Below the pieces are notes generated by a model, which had not been told where the DNA came from, searched no databases, and worked only from the letters and a program-made list of their open reading frames with translations. Positions 17,868 through 26,638 of a stretch of 64,000 nt of DNA are shown piece by piece. Source of the stretch: Candidatus Onthoplasma sp. (GTDB taxonomy: Bacteria > Bacillota > Clostridia > Christensenellales > UBA1242); the NCBI GenBank assembly GCA_045633705.1, contig JAZQYV010000012.1:18057-82056 (forward strand), read 5' to 3'. Made by a program: the position numbers and the translations under genes. How positions within the stretch are numbered: the first letter of the stretch is position 1; each line of letters opens with the position of its first letter.

Positions 17868-18521
17868 TTAAAATATTTTTTTAATTATCTCCCAAACCTC
17901 TATATCTTTAGGTTGAATAATAATATCAACTTTTCCGACCAATGTTTTTTTGTTAAAACCACCATGCATTGATGAGTCCTTTGATAAGTTCCAATTATCT
18001 CCCAATACAAACACTTCGTTTTGTGGCACTTTAAAGCCAACTATCACGTTTCCATCATATACAATTTGTGAACTATATTTATCATTTCCCAACACGCAGG
18101 TTGAAAAGTTTTGATATGTTTCATACCCGCCTTCTTGATAAGGTTTTGAATATAGCACTTTACCATTTACCACCACATTATATTGCTGCCCGTCCCAAAT
18201 TATGTTTACAACATCATTTTCTAACGCAATTAGTCGTTTTATTGCATATCCTCCAAAATTAGGGTTTGTTCGTAAATCCAACACCACAATATCATTAACA
18301 CTAACATCGTCAAACCTGTTTATGTACACAACATCATTTTTGCCAGTTTTTTCCGCACTCAAATTTAATGTTGGATACATTGAACTTCCATTTACAGGCG
18401 TTCTTATATAAAAAACATTTAACAATATGTAACAGCTGCTAAGCAACGAAAAAAACACCACAACAACTGTGATAATGCGCAATAACCATATTTTTTTTGT
18501 TGGCATTTTATACATATCCAT
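17868..18521 (-). CDS. lepB: signal peptidase I
   Basis: Ser box SSMYPTL, Lys box KRLIAL and box E GDNWNLSKDS. The start is ambiguous; I chose the ATG at 18521 over the track's TTG at 18572. Confidence 0.85.
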   Translation of the reverse strand: MDMYKMPTKKIWLLRIITVVVVFFSLLSSCYILLNVFYIRTPVNGSSMYPTLNLSAEKTGKNDVVYINRFDDVSVNDIVVLDLRTNPNFGGYAIKRLIALENDVVNIIWDGQQYNVVVNGKVLYSKPYQEGGYETYQNFSTCVLGNDKYSSQIVYDGNVIVGFKVPQNEVFVLGDNWNLSKDSSMHGGFNKKTLVGKVDIIIQPKDIEVWEIIKKIF

Positions 18522-18646
18522 ATTATATCTAATAATTAAAAATTTTACAAGCCTATTTGTATAATTTATCAACTATCTTCGTTGGGTTATATACAACAAT
18601 GCTTATTGACAATTATTAAAAAAATTAAATTTATTCAAAATAAATA

Positions 18647-19030
18647 TTGATTAATCAGTTTTTATATGATAAAATAGTATACATGAAAACTTGCGAGATA
18701 ATTATAAACAAGTCACGCTTTATAGGTGTTATGCGGGAACTAACTTGTGAACAAGATATAACCGACACTTTACAGCAACTAAAAGCTGAACACAAAAAAG
18801 CAAATCATATATGCTACGCTTATGTGTACAGCATTGATAAAGTGCTTGAAAAATGTAGTGATGATGGCGAACCAAAAGGCACAGCTGGCGCACCTATAAT
18901 GAATGTGATTAAAAAGCGTGGTTGTAAAAACACTCTGATTGCAGTTATAAGATACTTCGGGGGAATAAAATTGGGAGCTGGCGGCTTGGTTAGAGCTTAC
19001 AGCAAAACAGCTGGAAGTTTATTTAATTAA
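18647..19030 (+). CDS. YigZ/IMPACT-family N-terminal domain protein (short form)
   Basis: Motifs HICYAY, DDGEPKGTAG and RYFGGIKLGAGGLVRAY. The C-terminal DUF1949 domain is absent. The start is uncertain (TTG 18647 or ATG 18683). Confidence 0.7.
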   Translation: MINQFLYDKIVYMKTCEIIINKSRFIGVMRELTCEQDITDTLQQLKAEHKKANHICYAYVYSIDKVLEKCSDDGEPKGTAGAPIMNVIKKRGCKNTLIAVIRYFGGIKLGAGGLVRAYSKTAGSLFN

Positions 19031-19041
19031 AAGGAAAAATT

Positions 19042-20721
19042 ATGAATTTAAAACAAGAAATATTTGATGTATTAAATCAATTAACTGATTATGGCGATTT
19101 AAGTAGTTTGTTAATCGAAAGTATTGATGAAACTAAAGGCGATTATTGTTTGCCTTGTTTTTCACTTGCAAAAACTTTACATAAGCCACCGATGATTATT
19201 GCTGAAGAAATTGCCAGCAAAATTGATACCAGTAATTCAAACATCGAAAAAGTTGAATGTGTAGCAGGTTATGTAAACTTTTTTCTAAACAAAGCCAAAG
19301 TTGGCGAAAATGTGTTAAATAGTTACACTATTACAAACCCTAAAAATAATAACAAGGTTGTTTGTATTGATTACTGCTCGGTAAACCTTGCAAAATATAT
19401 GCATATAGGCCATCTTAAAAATACTTTCCTTGGCGAAAGCTTGGCAAGATTGTTTGAAAACTTTGGATATAAAGTTGTTCGTATCAATTATATTGGCGAC
19501 TATGGCACACCATATGGTAAAATAATTGCAGGCATTCAACTTTGGGGTTCTGAAGAAGATATTAAGGCTCGTGGCATTGATGCGTTGCAAGAATATTATG
19601 TTAAATTTTGCGCAGCCGAAGCTGAAGATGAAAAATTACAGCAATTAGCACGTGATATTTCTAAAAAGATTGAAGATGAAGATAATGAAATATATCCTAT
19701 CTACCAACAGGTAATTGAAGTTGCTCGTAAAGAAGCTGAACGCTTGCTTGAAATTCTTGGCATACATTTTGATTCGTGGAAAGGAGAGGCGAGTTATGCT
19801 AAAGAAGTAAATAATGTTGTTGAAATGTTAAAAGAAAAAGGGTTGATTTCAATCAGCCAAGGCGCAACCGTTGTTGATTTGGAAAAATTTGATATGCCTC
19901 CATGCTTAATTAGGCGTAGTGATGGCGCAAGCATTTATGCTTCTCGTGATATCGCTGCCGCTATTGATAGATATAATGATTATAAATATGATGCCATGCT
20001 ATACTTAACCGCAGTTGAACAAAAATTGCACTTTTCACAATTCTTTAAAGTGTTAGAGTTGGCCGGTATGCCATTTGCTGGTGGGTTGGAGCATATTTCT
20101 TACGGAAGATTTAGTTTGCCTGATGGTAAAATTTCATCACGCCGTGGCAAACAAGCCGTATTGGTAGACTTAATTGATTATGTGCTAAACAAAGCAAATG
20201 ATGTAATCAAAAACCGTACATTTACCATCGAAAAACCCGAAGATGTTGCAATGAAAGTGGCACGTGGAATATTAAGTTTTAATGCAATCAACATTGACCG
20301 CAACAAAGACGCTATATTTGATATCGAGCGCGCCTTTAGCTTTGAGGGCGAAACTGCGCCATATATGCAATATACATACACACGTATTATGAGCATTATG
20401 CGTAAAGCCAGTGCCTTGGCTGTTGACGGTGTTAATGCTGATTATTCTTGCCTAAACCAAACTCAAGCTTTTGAACTTATCAAAATGTGTTGCAATCTTG
20501 ATAATACTTTAACATTAGCCCTTGAAAAACGTGACCCAAGTATTATACTAAAGTATTGTATGGAAATTTGTAAAACACTTAACAAATACTATACCGTTTG
20601 CAAAATTCTTGATGATAACCTTGCTCAAGTTAAAGCAAAGCTTGAGTTGTTAAACCTTGTTAAGCAAACCCTTGCACATGCATTTAATATAATTTGTATT
20701 GAAACAATTGAAGAAATGTAA
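19042..20721 (+). CDS. argS: arginine--tRNA ligase
   Basis: Class I HIGH motif (MHIGHLKN), a DALR anticodon-binding C-terminal domain and the expected length. Confidence 0.95.
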   Translation: MNLKQEIFDVLNQLTDYGDLSSLLIESIDETKGDYCLPCFSLAKTLHKPPMIIAEEIASKIDTSNSNIEKVECVAGYVNFFLNKAKVGENVLNSYTITNPKNNNKVVCIDYCSVNLAKYMHIGHLKNTFLGESLARLFENFGYKVVRINYIGDYGTPYGKIIAGIQLWGSEEDIKARGIDALQEYYVKFCAAEAEDEKLQQLARDISKKIEDEDNEIYPIYQQVIEVARKEAERLLEILGIHFDSWKGEASYAKEVNNVVEMLKEKGLISISQGATVVDLEKFDMPPCLIRRSDGASIYASRDIAAAIDRYNDYKYDAMLYLTAVEQKLHFSQFFKVLELAGMPFAGGLEHISYGRFSLPDGKISSRRGKQAVLVDLIDYVLNKANDVIKNRTFTIEKPEDVAMKVARGILSFNAINIDRNKDAIFDIERAFSFEGETAPYMQYTYTRIMSIMRKASALAVDGVNADYSCLNQTQAFELIKMCCNLDNTLTLALEKRDPSIILKYCMEICKTLNKYYTVCKILDDNLAQVKAKLELLNLVKQTLAHAFNIICIETIEEM

Positions 20722-20723
20722 TA

Positions 20724-20752
20724 AAAAATCTCTACATATGTAGAGGTTTTTT
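20724..20752. terminator. bidirectional terminator
   Basis: AAAAAATCTCTACATATGTAGAGGTTTTTT. Confidence 0.75.
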
Positions 20753-21014
20753 ATTTTAAATTTAATTGTTGATTAAACACTTCCAAAATATTGTCTGGAG
20801 TGATTGTAATTGGTGTTACAAGCTTAAATCTTTTAAATTCTTGACCATTTTTAACCACTATATCGAAAAATTCTTCTATAGGTCTGTCATGGAAAGTTTT
20901 GTCCTGCATGCCAATATACAAAACTCGTTGTTGGTCATCTGATGATGCGCTTAAACCAACCACCAATACTGTGCCGCCTTTAAAATGTTGATAAATTCCT
21001 GTTTGAAATTCCAT
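20751..21014 (-). CDS. DUF1653 domain protein
   Basis: YQHFKGG...VLYIGM pattern. A paralog lies at 37492-37740. Confidence 0.7.
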   Translation of the reverse strand: MEFQTGIYQHFKGGTVLVVGLSASSDDQQRVLYIGMQDKTFHDRPIEEFFDIVVKNGQEFKRFKLVTPITITPDNILEVFNQQLNLK

Positions 21015-21022
21015 AAATCCTC

Positions 21023-21193
21023 CTATTCGTCGTCAGTAATTGCGCCTACTGGGCAAATATCCTTACAAGTGCCACATTTAATGCACTTCTTTTTATCAAT
21101 TTCAGCCTTGCCGCCTTTCATGCTGATTGCGCCTACTGGACACATTGAAGCACAGGCACCACAACCCAAACATTTGTTTTTATCTACTTTCAT
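21023..21193 (-). CDS. 2x[4Fe-4S] ferredoxin (56 aa), missed by the ORF track
   Basis: My translation is MKVDKNKCLGCGACASMCPVGAISMKGGKAEIDKKKCIKCGTCKDICPVGAITDDE. It has two CxxCxxCxxxCP motifs, an upstream SD AAGGAGAAG, and lies 8 nt upstream of the DUF1653 gene. Confidence 0.85.
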   Translation of the reverse strand: MKVDKNKCLGCGACASMCPVGAISMKGGKAEIDKKKCIKCGTCKDICPVGAITDDE

Positions 21194-21270
21194 AATCTTC
21201 TCCTTACACTAATTTAATTATATTACTTTCGATACAATTTGTCAAATTATACAACCAAACATATTTAAAT

Positions 21271-22206
21271 TTATTCCACAACCCTAATAAAAAGTTCAAA
21301 CACTAGTTCTGGGTGGCTAAGCGGTGTGATATACACAACTGCATCGCCCACTTGTTTAGTTTCTATTACAATAATAGATGCATCGAAACTAAAAATTTTA
21401 ATTACTGGACTATCTGTTGTGCAATCTACTAGTTGAAAATCGGTATTTGTAAGCTCATAATCTATTCCAAAGTTATATTTGCTGAGCTTGATTTCAATAT
21501 GGTTTCCATCTATTACTTGTCCGCCCGCGCCAAATATAATACCTATATCACTTTCAATAATTTTTGGCTTTATTGTTATATAAATTGTATCTGTAATTAT
21601 TATATTGTTATAATTTATCGTTATATCAATTTTTGCCAAACCATCTAGCTTGGCAGTAACAAAATTATCTTTTATTGATATATTATCGGTGTAATCATAT
21701 GTAATTTTAGTGTTTGTTGGATATTTTAGCTCAACAATTTCATCTAACATCACACCATCTTCAACATACATCACTTGATTTTTAATTTGTTTTATATACA
21801 TACTGGTAGAACTGTTATAGCCATCAACTACATTAATCGAAATTTTATCATGCCACGAATATGTTGCACTGGTTTTAACCATGCACTTTAATATGTGTTT
21901 TCCGGTTTGGCTAAACTTATATTTACCTTCTTTAATTTTAATTTCTTCGCCACTGCTAGATTTTGTAATTGTAAACTCCGGTTCGAAACTGCAGCTTGAT
22001 GGTGTTATTGTAACCATACTTTTATCTATTATCAAGTAATTATCAATCGACATCTCAAATCCGCTAATATTACTATTAAATTTAATGTTTTTGCCATAAA
22101 CAAGTTTGTATTCTTTTTTGTTTGCAACAACAATTATGCTAATCAAAGTTACGATTAGCGTGACAACTATTACAAAAATCGACAAAATTCGACGCTTCAT
22201 ACCCAT
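21271..22206 (-). CDS. hypothetical membrane-anchored extracellular protein
   Basis: N-terminal TM helix followed by beta-rich, Ig-like-looking sequence. Confidence 0.5.
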   Translation of the reverse strand: MGMKRRILSIFVIVVTLIVTLISIIVVANKKEYKLVYGKNIKFNSNISGFEMSIDNYLIIDKSMVTITPSSCSFEPEFTITKSSSGEEIKIKEGKYKFSQTGKHILKCMVKTSATYSWHDKISINVVDGYNSSTSMYIKQIKNQVMYVEDGVMLDEIVELKYPTNTKITYDYTDNISIKDNFVTAKLDGLAKIDITINYNNIIITDTIYITIKPKIIESDIGIIFGAGGQVIDGNHIEIKLSKYNFGIDYELTNTDFQLVDCTTDSPVIKIFSFDASIIVIETKQVGDAVVYITPLSHPELVFELFIRVVE

Positions 22207-22374
22207 ATATTAACGCAAATATGTGATTATGACAATTAAATTTCCATAAATTTACCAATTTTTTATTTAAATTATGCTTTTTATTAATACTATATTTGAT
22301 AATATTTTTAAATATTCCTCTCATCTTTGACAAATAGTTAAATTTGTTGTATTATTTACCCAAAGGAAGGTTAT

Positions 22375-23235
22375 ATGAATTGTAATATTTGCCCACGACA
22401 TTGTAATATTGACAGAAACTTAAATGCCGGGTTTTGCAATGCTAACAATAATTTAAAGATTGCCAAATATATGTTGCATATGTGGGAAGAACCAATTATT
22501 TCAGGAACAAACGGTAGTGGTGCAATATTTTTTTCGCATTGTAATTTAAAGTGCGTGTATTGCCAAAACGCCGAAATTAGCTCGCTTGGCAAAGGCAAAG
22601 AAATTTCCACCAATGAATTTGTTGGTATTATAAAACAGCTTGAAACCTTGGGCGCACATAATATAAACCTTGTAACACCAAGCCATTATACTATGCAAAT
22701 AATAAAGGCTTTAAAATTATATAAACCTTCAATACCTGTTGTGTGGAATAGCAATGGTTATGAAAATGTTGAAACCATAAAACAAATTAAAGATATTGTT
22801 GATATCTACTTGGTTGATATGAAATATATGGACAATGACCTAGCCTCAACTTTATCCAAAGCCAAAGATTATCCACAAATTTGCCAGCAAGCAATACTTC
22901 AAATGCGCAAAAATCAACCTATTGATATACTTGAAAATGGGTTAATGAAAAAAGGCGTTATAGTCCGCCACCTAGTCATCCCCAATGAGGTTGATAATAG
23001 CTTTGAAGTCCTTGACTGGATACACAACAATCTTGGCAATAATACATACATTAGTTTAATGTCGCAATACACCCCTTATCATCTAGCCAAAGATATGCCA
23101 AAATACAACCGCCAGTTAAAGGCAATCGAGTATAAGCGAGTGGTAAACCACCTAAATCAATTAGGATTTATAAATGGTTTTCAACAAGAACTAACCAGCT
23201 CTAGCACCTGCTATATCCCAGATTTTAACAACTAA
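22375..23235 (+). CDS. radical SAM protein (PflX / COG1313-like activase family)
   Basis: CNLKCVYCQN CxxxCxxC motif and an additional N-terminal Cys cluster CNICPRHC. Confidence 0.8.
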   Translation: MNCNICPRHCNIDRNLNAGFCNANNNLKIAKYMLHMWEEPIISGTNGSGAIFFSHCNLKCVYCQNAEISSLGKGKEISTNEFVGIIKQLETLGAHNINLVTPSHYTMQIIKALKLYKPSIPVVWNSNGYENVETIKQIKDIVDIYLVDMKYMDNDLASTLSKAKDYPQICQQAILQMRKNQPIDILENGLMKKGVIVRHLVIPNEVDNSFEVLDWIHNNLGNNTYISLMSQYTPYHLAKDMPKYNRQLKAIEYKRVVNHLNQLGFINGFQQELTSSSTCYIPDFNN

Positions 23236-23239
23236 AAAA

Positions 23240-23266
23240 ATAAAGCCCAATTGGCTTTATTTTTCT
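23240..23266 (+). terminator. intrinsic terminator
   Basis: ATAAAGCC-CAAT-TGGCTTTAT followed by a T-run. Confidence 0.7.
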
Positions 23267-23359
23267 TTTATTGTATTTATCTATAGCCTTCAAAACTCTA
23301 AAATATATTTTGTTTTATTAAACGACTTATACTAATACATATGAAGAATATTTTAAATA

Positions 23360-23923
23360 CTATAATAACACCTTCATAATACTTTCATATTTGTCTTTAA
23401 CAAGCTCTTGTGTTTCCTTACTCATTTTAGCATAACTCTTTTTAATTTTATTCTTTACAAAATTATTGCAGGTCATTATATCATCGCCACGGTATGCTCT
23501 CCAGCATATTAACTCTACAACATTGTCTAAATGGCTAAGAGCATCGGCGTCTGCAACGCATATTTCTTCAATAGAAAACTTTTCTTTCAAAACGCTTGCT
23601 CGGTGATTTATAATACAAGATTTTACTTTATTAATAAATTCTTGATTAAAACCATCTTGTTTTAAAATTTTCTCAGCTAATTCTGCGCCCAAAATGTGGT
23701 GATTATCACTATTAGCAAAATCTATTAAATTGGCGTAATCGTGAAAAATTGCACCGAGCTCCACAACGTCTTTATCCGCATTATAAATTTCTGCCAATTT
23801 GCAAGCATTGTTAATAACTGGAAGTAAATGAAATTGCCAAGTTTGCCCCTCGCTGCAATTTTGAGTTTTGTCATAAATCTTTGATTGTTCTTCTATTAGC
23901 TTGTAGTACTTATCGTATTTCAT
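23360..23923 (-). CDS. HD domain phosphohydrolase
   Basis: H...HD...D pattern (IFHDYAN, HHILGAE, DADALSH). Confidence 0.75.
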   Translation of the reverse strand: MKYDKYYKLIEEQSKIYDKTQNCSEGQTWQFHLLPVINNACKLAEIYNADKDVVELGAIFHDYANLIDFANSDNHHILGAELAEKILKQDGFNQEFINKVKSCIINHRASVLKEKFSIEEICVADADALSHLDNVVELICWRAYRGDDIMTCNNFVKNKIKKSYAKMSKETQELVKDKYESIMKVLL

Positions 23924-24004
23924 ATATTCTCCTATATATCATATGATTATAAATTTGTATAAAGCAAATGTATATACCAACATCGGTCGGTTATATTTTG
24001 ATTT

Positions 24005-24079
24005 TGGTGCGTCTATCAGGATTCGAACCCGAACTAATGGTTCCGAAGACCATTGTGCTATCCATTACACCATAGGCGC
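24005..24079 (-). tRNA. tRNA-Arg (anticodon UCG), CCA encoded
   Basis: I folded a 75-nt cloverleaf by hand. The anticodon loop is CU-UCG-GA with U33 and G37, and the T-loop is TTCGAAT. There is one C4:A69 acceptor mismatch. A TTGCGC-17-TATAAT promoter lies upstream. Confidence 0.85.
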
Positions 24080-24189
24080 ATATTATGGCTTATATACTGC
24101 TTTAGTACACAATTATTATATCACAAATATTGGATATGCGCAAGTTGTTACATAAAGTATGTGTAAGATTTGTTAATCAGTTTAATATT

Positions 24190-24783
24190 TTAATAAACTA
24201 ATACAATTATATAATTACGCAACACAAAAAATATAATACTTTCAGCTAGCAACAACAGTATTATCATGGTTAATATTGGTAAACACTCGGCAAAAGCGCG
24301 TTTAAAATAAAAGTTGTCATTTTGACATTCTAAACAATTTAAAAACAACTCTAGCATTAAGAAAAACATAACAAACATAATAATCAGCATGCAAAATGCT
24401 ATTACTAAGGTATTGATTATGCCATATTCTAATACAAAAGCAATAAGCGTTAAGCTTTGTGCATACACATAATAAGAATAAAAGAATACTCCTATACTTA
24501 TTGTGTATTTTTTACAACTTGAAGATATAATAATTAAACTAAATATGCTGATTGCAAATATATTTGAAAACAGCATTCCGCCAAATCCACTGCTTCCACG
24601 TAAAAATTTGACAATAGTTACATTGGAAAAGCTGATTAAAAGTGAACTATTGCTAAACTTAATACCTGACATAACCGCACAAAAAATACATGCCGCCGTA
24701 AGAATTAAAATCAAGCTTACAAAACCGCGGTGCTTTTTTAATGGCTCAGTTAATGAATATGAAAACTTTGGCGGGATTTTCAT
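24190..24783 (-). CDS. hypothetical polytopic membrane protein (SpoIIM-like topology, unconfirmed)
   Basis: Five or six predicted TM segments and no diagnostic motif. Confidence 0.45.
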   Translation of the reverse strand: MKIPPKFSYSLTEPLKKHRGFVSLILILTAACIFCAVMSGIKFSNSSLLISFSNVTIVKFLRGSSGFGGMLFSNIFAISIFSLIIISSSCKKYTISIGVFFYSYYVYAQSLTLIAFVLEYGIINTLVIAFCMLIIMFVMFFLMLELFLNCLECQNDNFYFKRAFAECLPILTMIILLLLAESIIFFVLRNYIIVLVY

Positions 24784-25030
24784 ATTTTAAATATACTATT
24801 TATAGGTTTAAAATATTCTTTAGATGTGACCCAAGCTTGCTAAATAAGTAATTATTGGAGTTTGTTGGTCTGTTTAAGCAAAACTTTGCATATTTTGTAA
24901 AATAATATAAATTTATTGGTTTTTTTGTTTGACATGGGTTAATTTGATTGCTAAAATAATTGTATAAGTTAAATTGGGCTTATTAGATGTTGTGTGGTTT
25001 TACAGCCATACGATGTTTACAGGGGGAAAA

Positions 25031-25774
25031 ATGATTAAAAAGAAATCCAATGCGCAAAATGTAATTATTATTGTGCTATGTATATTATTAGTTGTTTCAA
25101 TAGGCTTTGGTGTTACCTATTCGTACTACAACGGACGTACTGATTTGGTTAAAGGTACTATTACAACCGCAAATTTAGCAGTCGAATTAGACAATGATAC
25201 CGACTTTACCAAAGCTGAATTCTTCTTGTCAACACATATTGACGATGCTATTTATGCTCCTGGCGACGAGTTGGAAAATGCCGAATTGAATATTTATAAC
25301 AAATGTAAAATTGAAACTTATATGGTAATTGTTTATTCATTATCTGCCCACAAAAAAGGTAATGTAAATGACACCGTCGATGTCAGCAATACTCCTGCTG
25401 TTGCATTTAATTTAAATAACGTTAATACAACCGACTGGGCACCTATTGAATATGTTTGTCAAAACACACAAGCCACATACACATGCTTGGTTGGTAAAAA
25501 TATATTCCCGGGGTGGACAGCATCTTCAACTGAACCATATGGTAAGAAAATTGGTGTTATTGAATATCGTGCATTAAAAATACCGGGAGAAAAATGGGGA
25601 AATGAATTGCAAGGTTGCAGTGTTACCATATCTGTTAGAGCTTACGCTATACAAGCAACCGGATTGGACCCTAAATATGACAAAGTTAATTCATTTGACG
25701 AATCTGTAAGAATTAACGCAATTGCCAATGCTGTACTTGAAATTTGTAAAGTAGATGCAGCGCATCAACCATAA
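25031..25774 (+). CDS. TasA/camelysin-like secreted protein with SipW-type signal peptide
   Basis: Start set at the ATG after GGGGGAAAA. The N-terminus KKK-TM-GVTYSYYNGRTD resembles the SipW-cognate signal class. A TTGACA-17-TAAAAT promoter lies upstream. Confidence 0.55.
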   Translation: MIKKKSNAQNVIIIVLCILLVVSIGFGVTYSYYNGRTDLVKGTITTANLAVELDNDTDFTKAEFFLSTHIDDAIYAPGDELENAELNIYNKCKIETYMVIVYSLSAHKKGNVNDTVDVSNTPAVAFNLNNVNTTDWAPIEYVCQNTQATYTCLVGKNIFPGWTASSTEPYGKKIGVIEYRALKIPGEKWGNELQGCSVTISVRAYAIQATGLDPKYDKVNSFDESVRINAIANAVLEICKVDAAHQP

Positions 25775-25780
25775 TAATAA

Positions 25781-25808
25781 AAAATCACAACGCGTGTTGT
25801 GATTTTTT
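25781..25808. terminator. bidirectional terminator
   Basis: AAAAATCACAACGCGTGTTGTGATTTTTT. Confidence 0.8.
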
Positions 25809-25838
25809 GTACAATATTTTATTAGACATTATATATGT

Positions 25839-26624
25839 CTATTTTTTATCCTTCATCATTTCCTTCATAAGCTTTGCAACCATTAACGATTCATCTTTGC
25901 TTTGTTTGAAATTATATTTAGAAATATCATAAAGCTTTTCAAACATGGAATGACTATGGAATGAAAAGTAATCATCTTCGGTAACAATTATATGGTCGTC
26001 CATAGGAATACCCAAGCTTATACTCATATCCATAAACTTTTTAGTTGCAACAACGTCCATTTCGGTTGGATTTTTATCTCCACCCGGATGATTATGGATT
26101 ATTACAAAAACTTTTGCACCTGATGCTGAAATGCTTCCAGCAACTGAGCTCATTCCAACATTGACCGTTGACGCTAAACCAGTTCCTATAATCGAACTTG
26201 AAATCAGTCTACGCTTTGCGTCTAAACATAACAAATAAAACTCTTCAACAGGCTTCAATTTGTATTTCGACCTAAAATAATTTACGCATTTATTAGGCAC
26301 ATCTAAAATTAAAGCATCTTTTGTTTTGGATTCGTTGTATTTCAGCATTATATCTTTAAACAACGTTATAAATAATGCGCTTTCACTACCGAGTCCTGGA
26401 AAGTTCTTTAACTGGTCAAAACTTGCGTCAAACAATGCACCAAAACTTCCAAAATGGTCAAGAAGTTTATGTGCTATTGGATTTGTATCTTTTCTTGGAA
26501 TTACATATGTTAGCCATAACTCCAATATCTCATGATATGGCCAATGTGAAATCCCAGCCTCTTTTGCCTTTTCTTTTAAGCGTTGTCGATGGCCGTAATG
26601 AGTGTGTTTTTTATCATTTGTCAT
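25839..26624 (-). CDS. radC: RadC-like JAB domain protein (UPF0758)
   Basis: N-terminal GHRQRLKEK, an HhH region and the JAMM motif HNHPGG. Start set at the ATG after AAGGTGGTG. Confidence 0.85.
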   Translation of the reverse strand: MTNDKKHTHYGHRQRLKEKAKEAGISHWPYHEILELWLTYVIPRKDTNPIAHKLLDHFGSFGALFDASFDQLKNFPGLGSESALFITLFKDIMLKYNESKTKDALILDVPNKCVNYFRSKYKLKPVEEFYLLCLDAKRRLISSSIIGTGLASTVNVGMSSVAGSISASGAKVFVIIHNHPGGDKNPTEMDVVATKKFMDMSISLGIPMDDHIIVTEDDYFSFHSHSMFEKLYDISKYNFKQSKDESLMVAKLMKEMMKDKK

Positions 26625-26638
26625 ACACACCACCTTGA

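Noticed and set aside
20985-21212. 75-aa plus-strand track ORF.
   Set aside because: It is antisense to a textbook 2x[4Fe-4S] ferredoxin CDS that has a strong SD, so it is a mirror-frame artefact.
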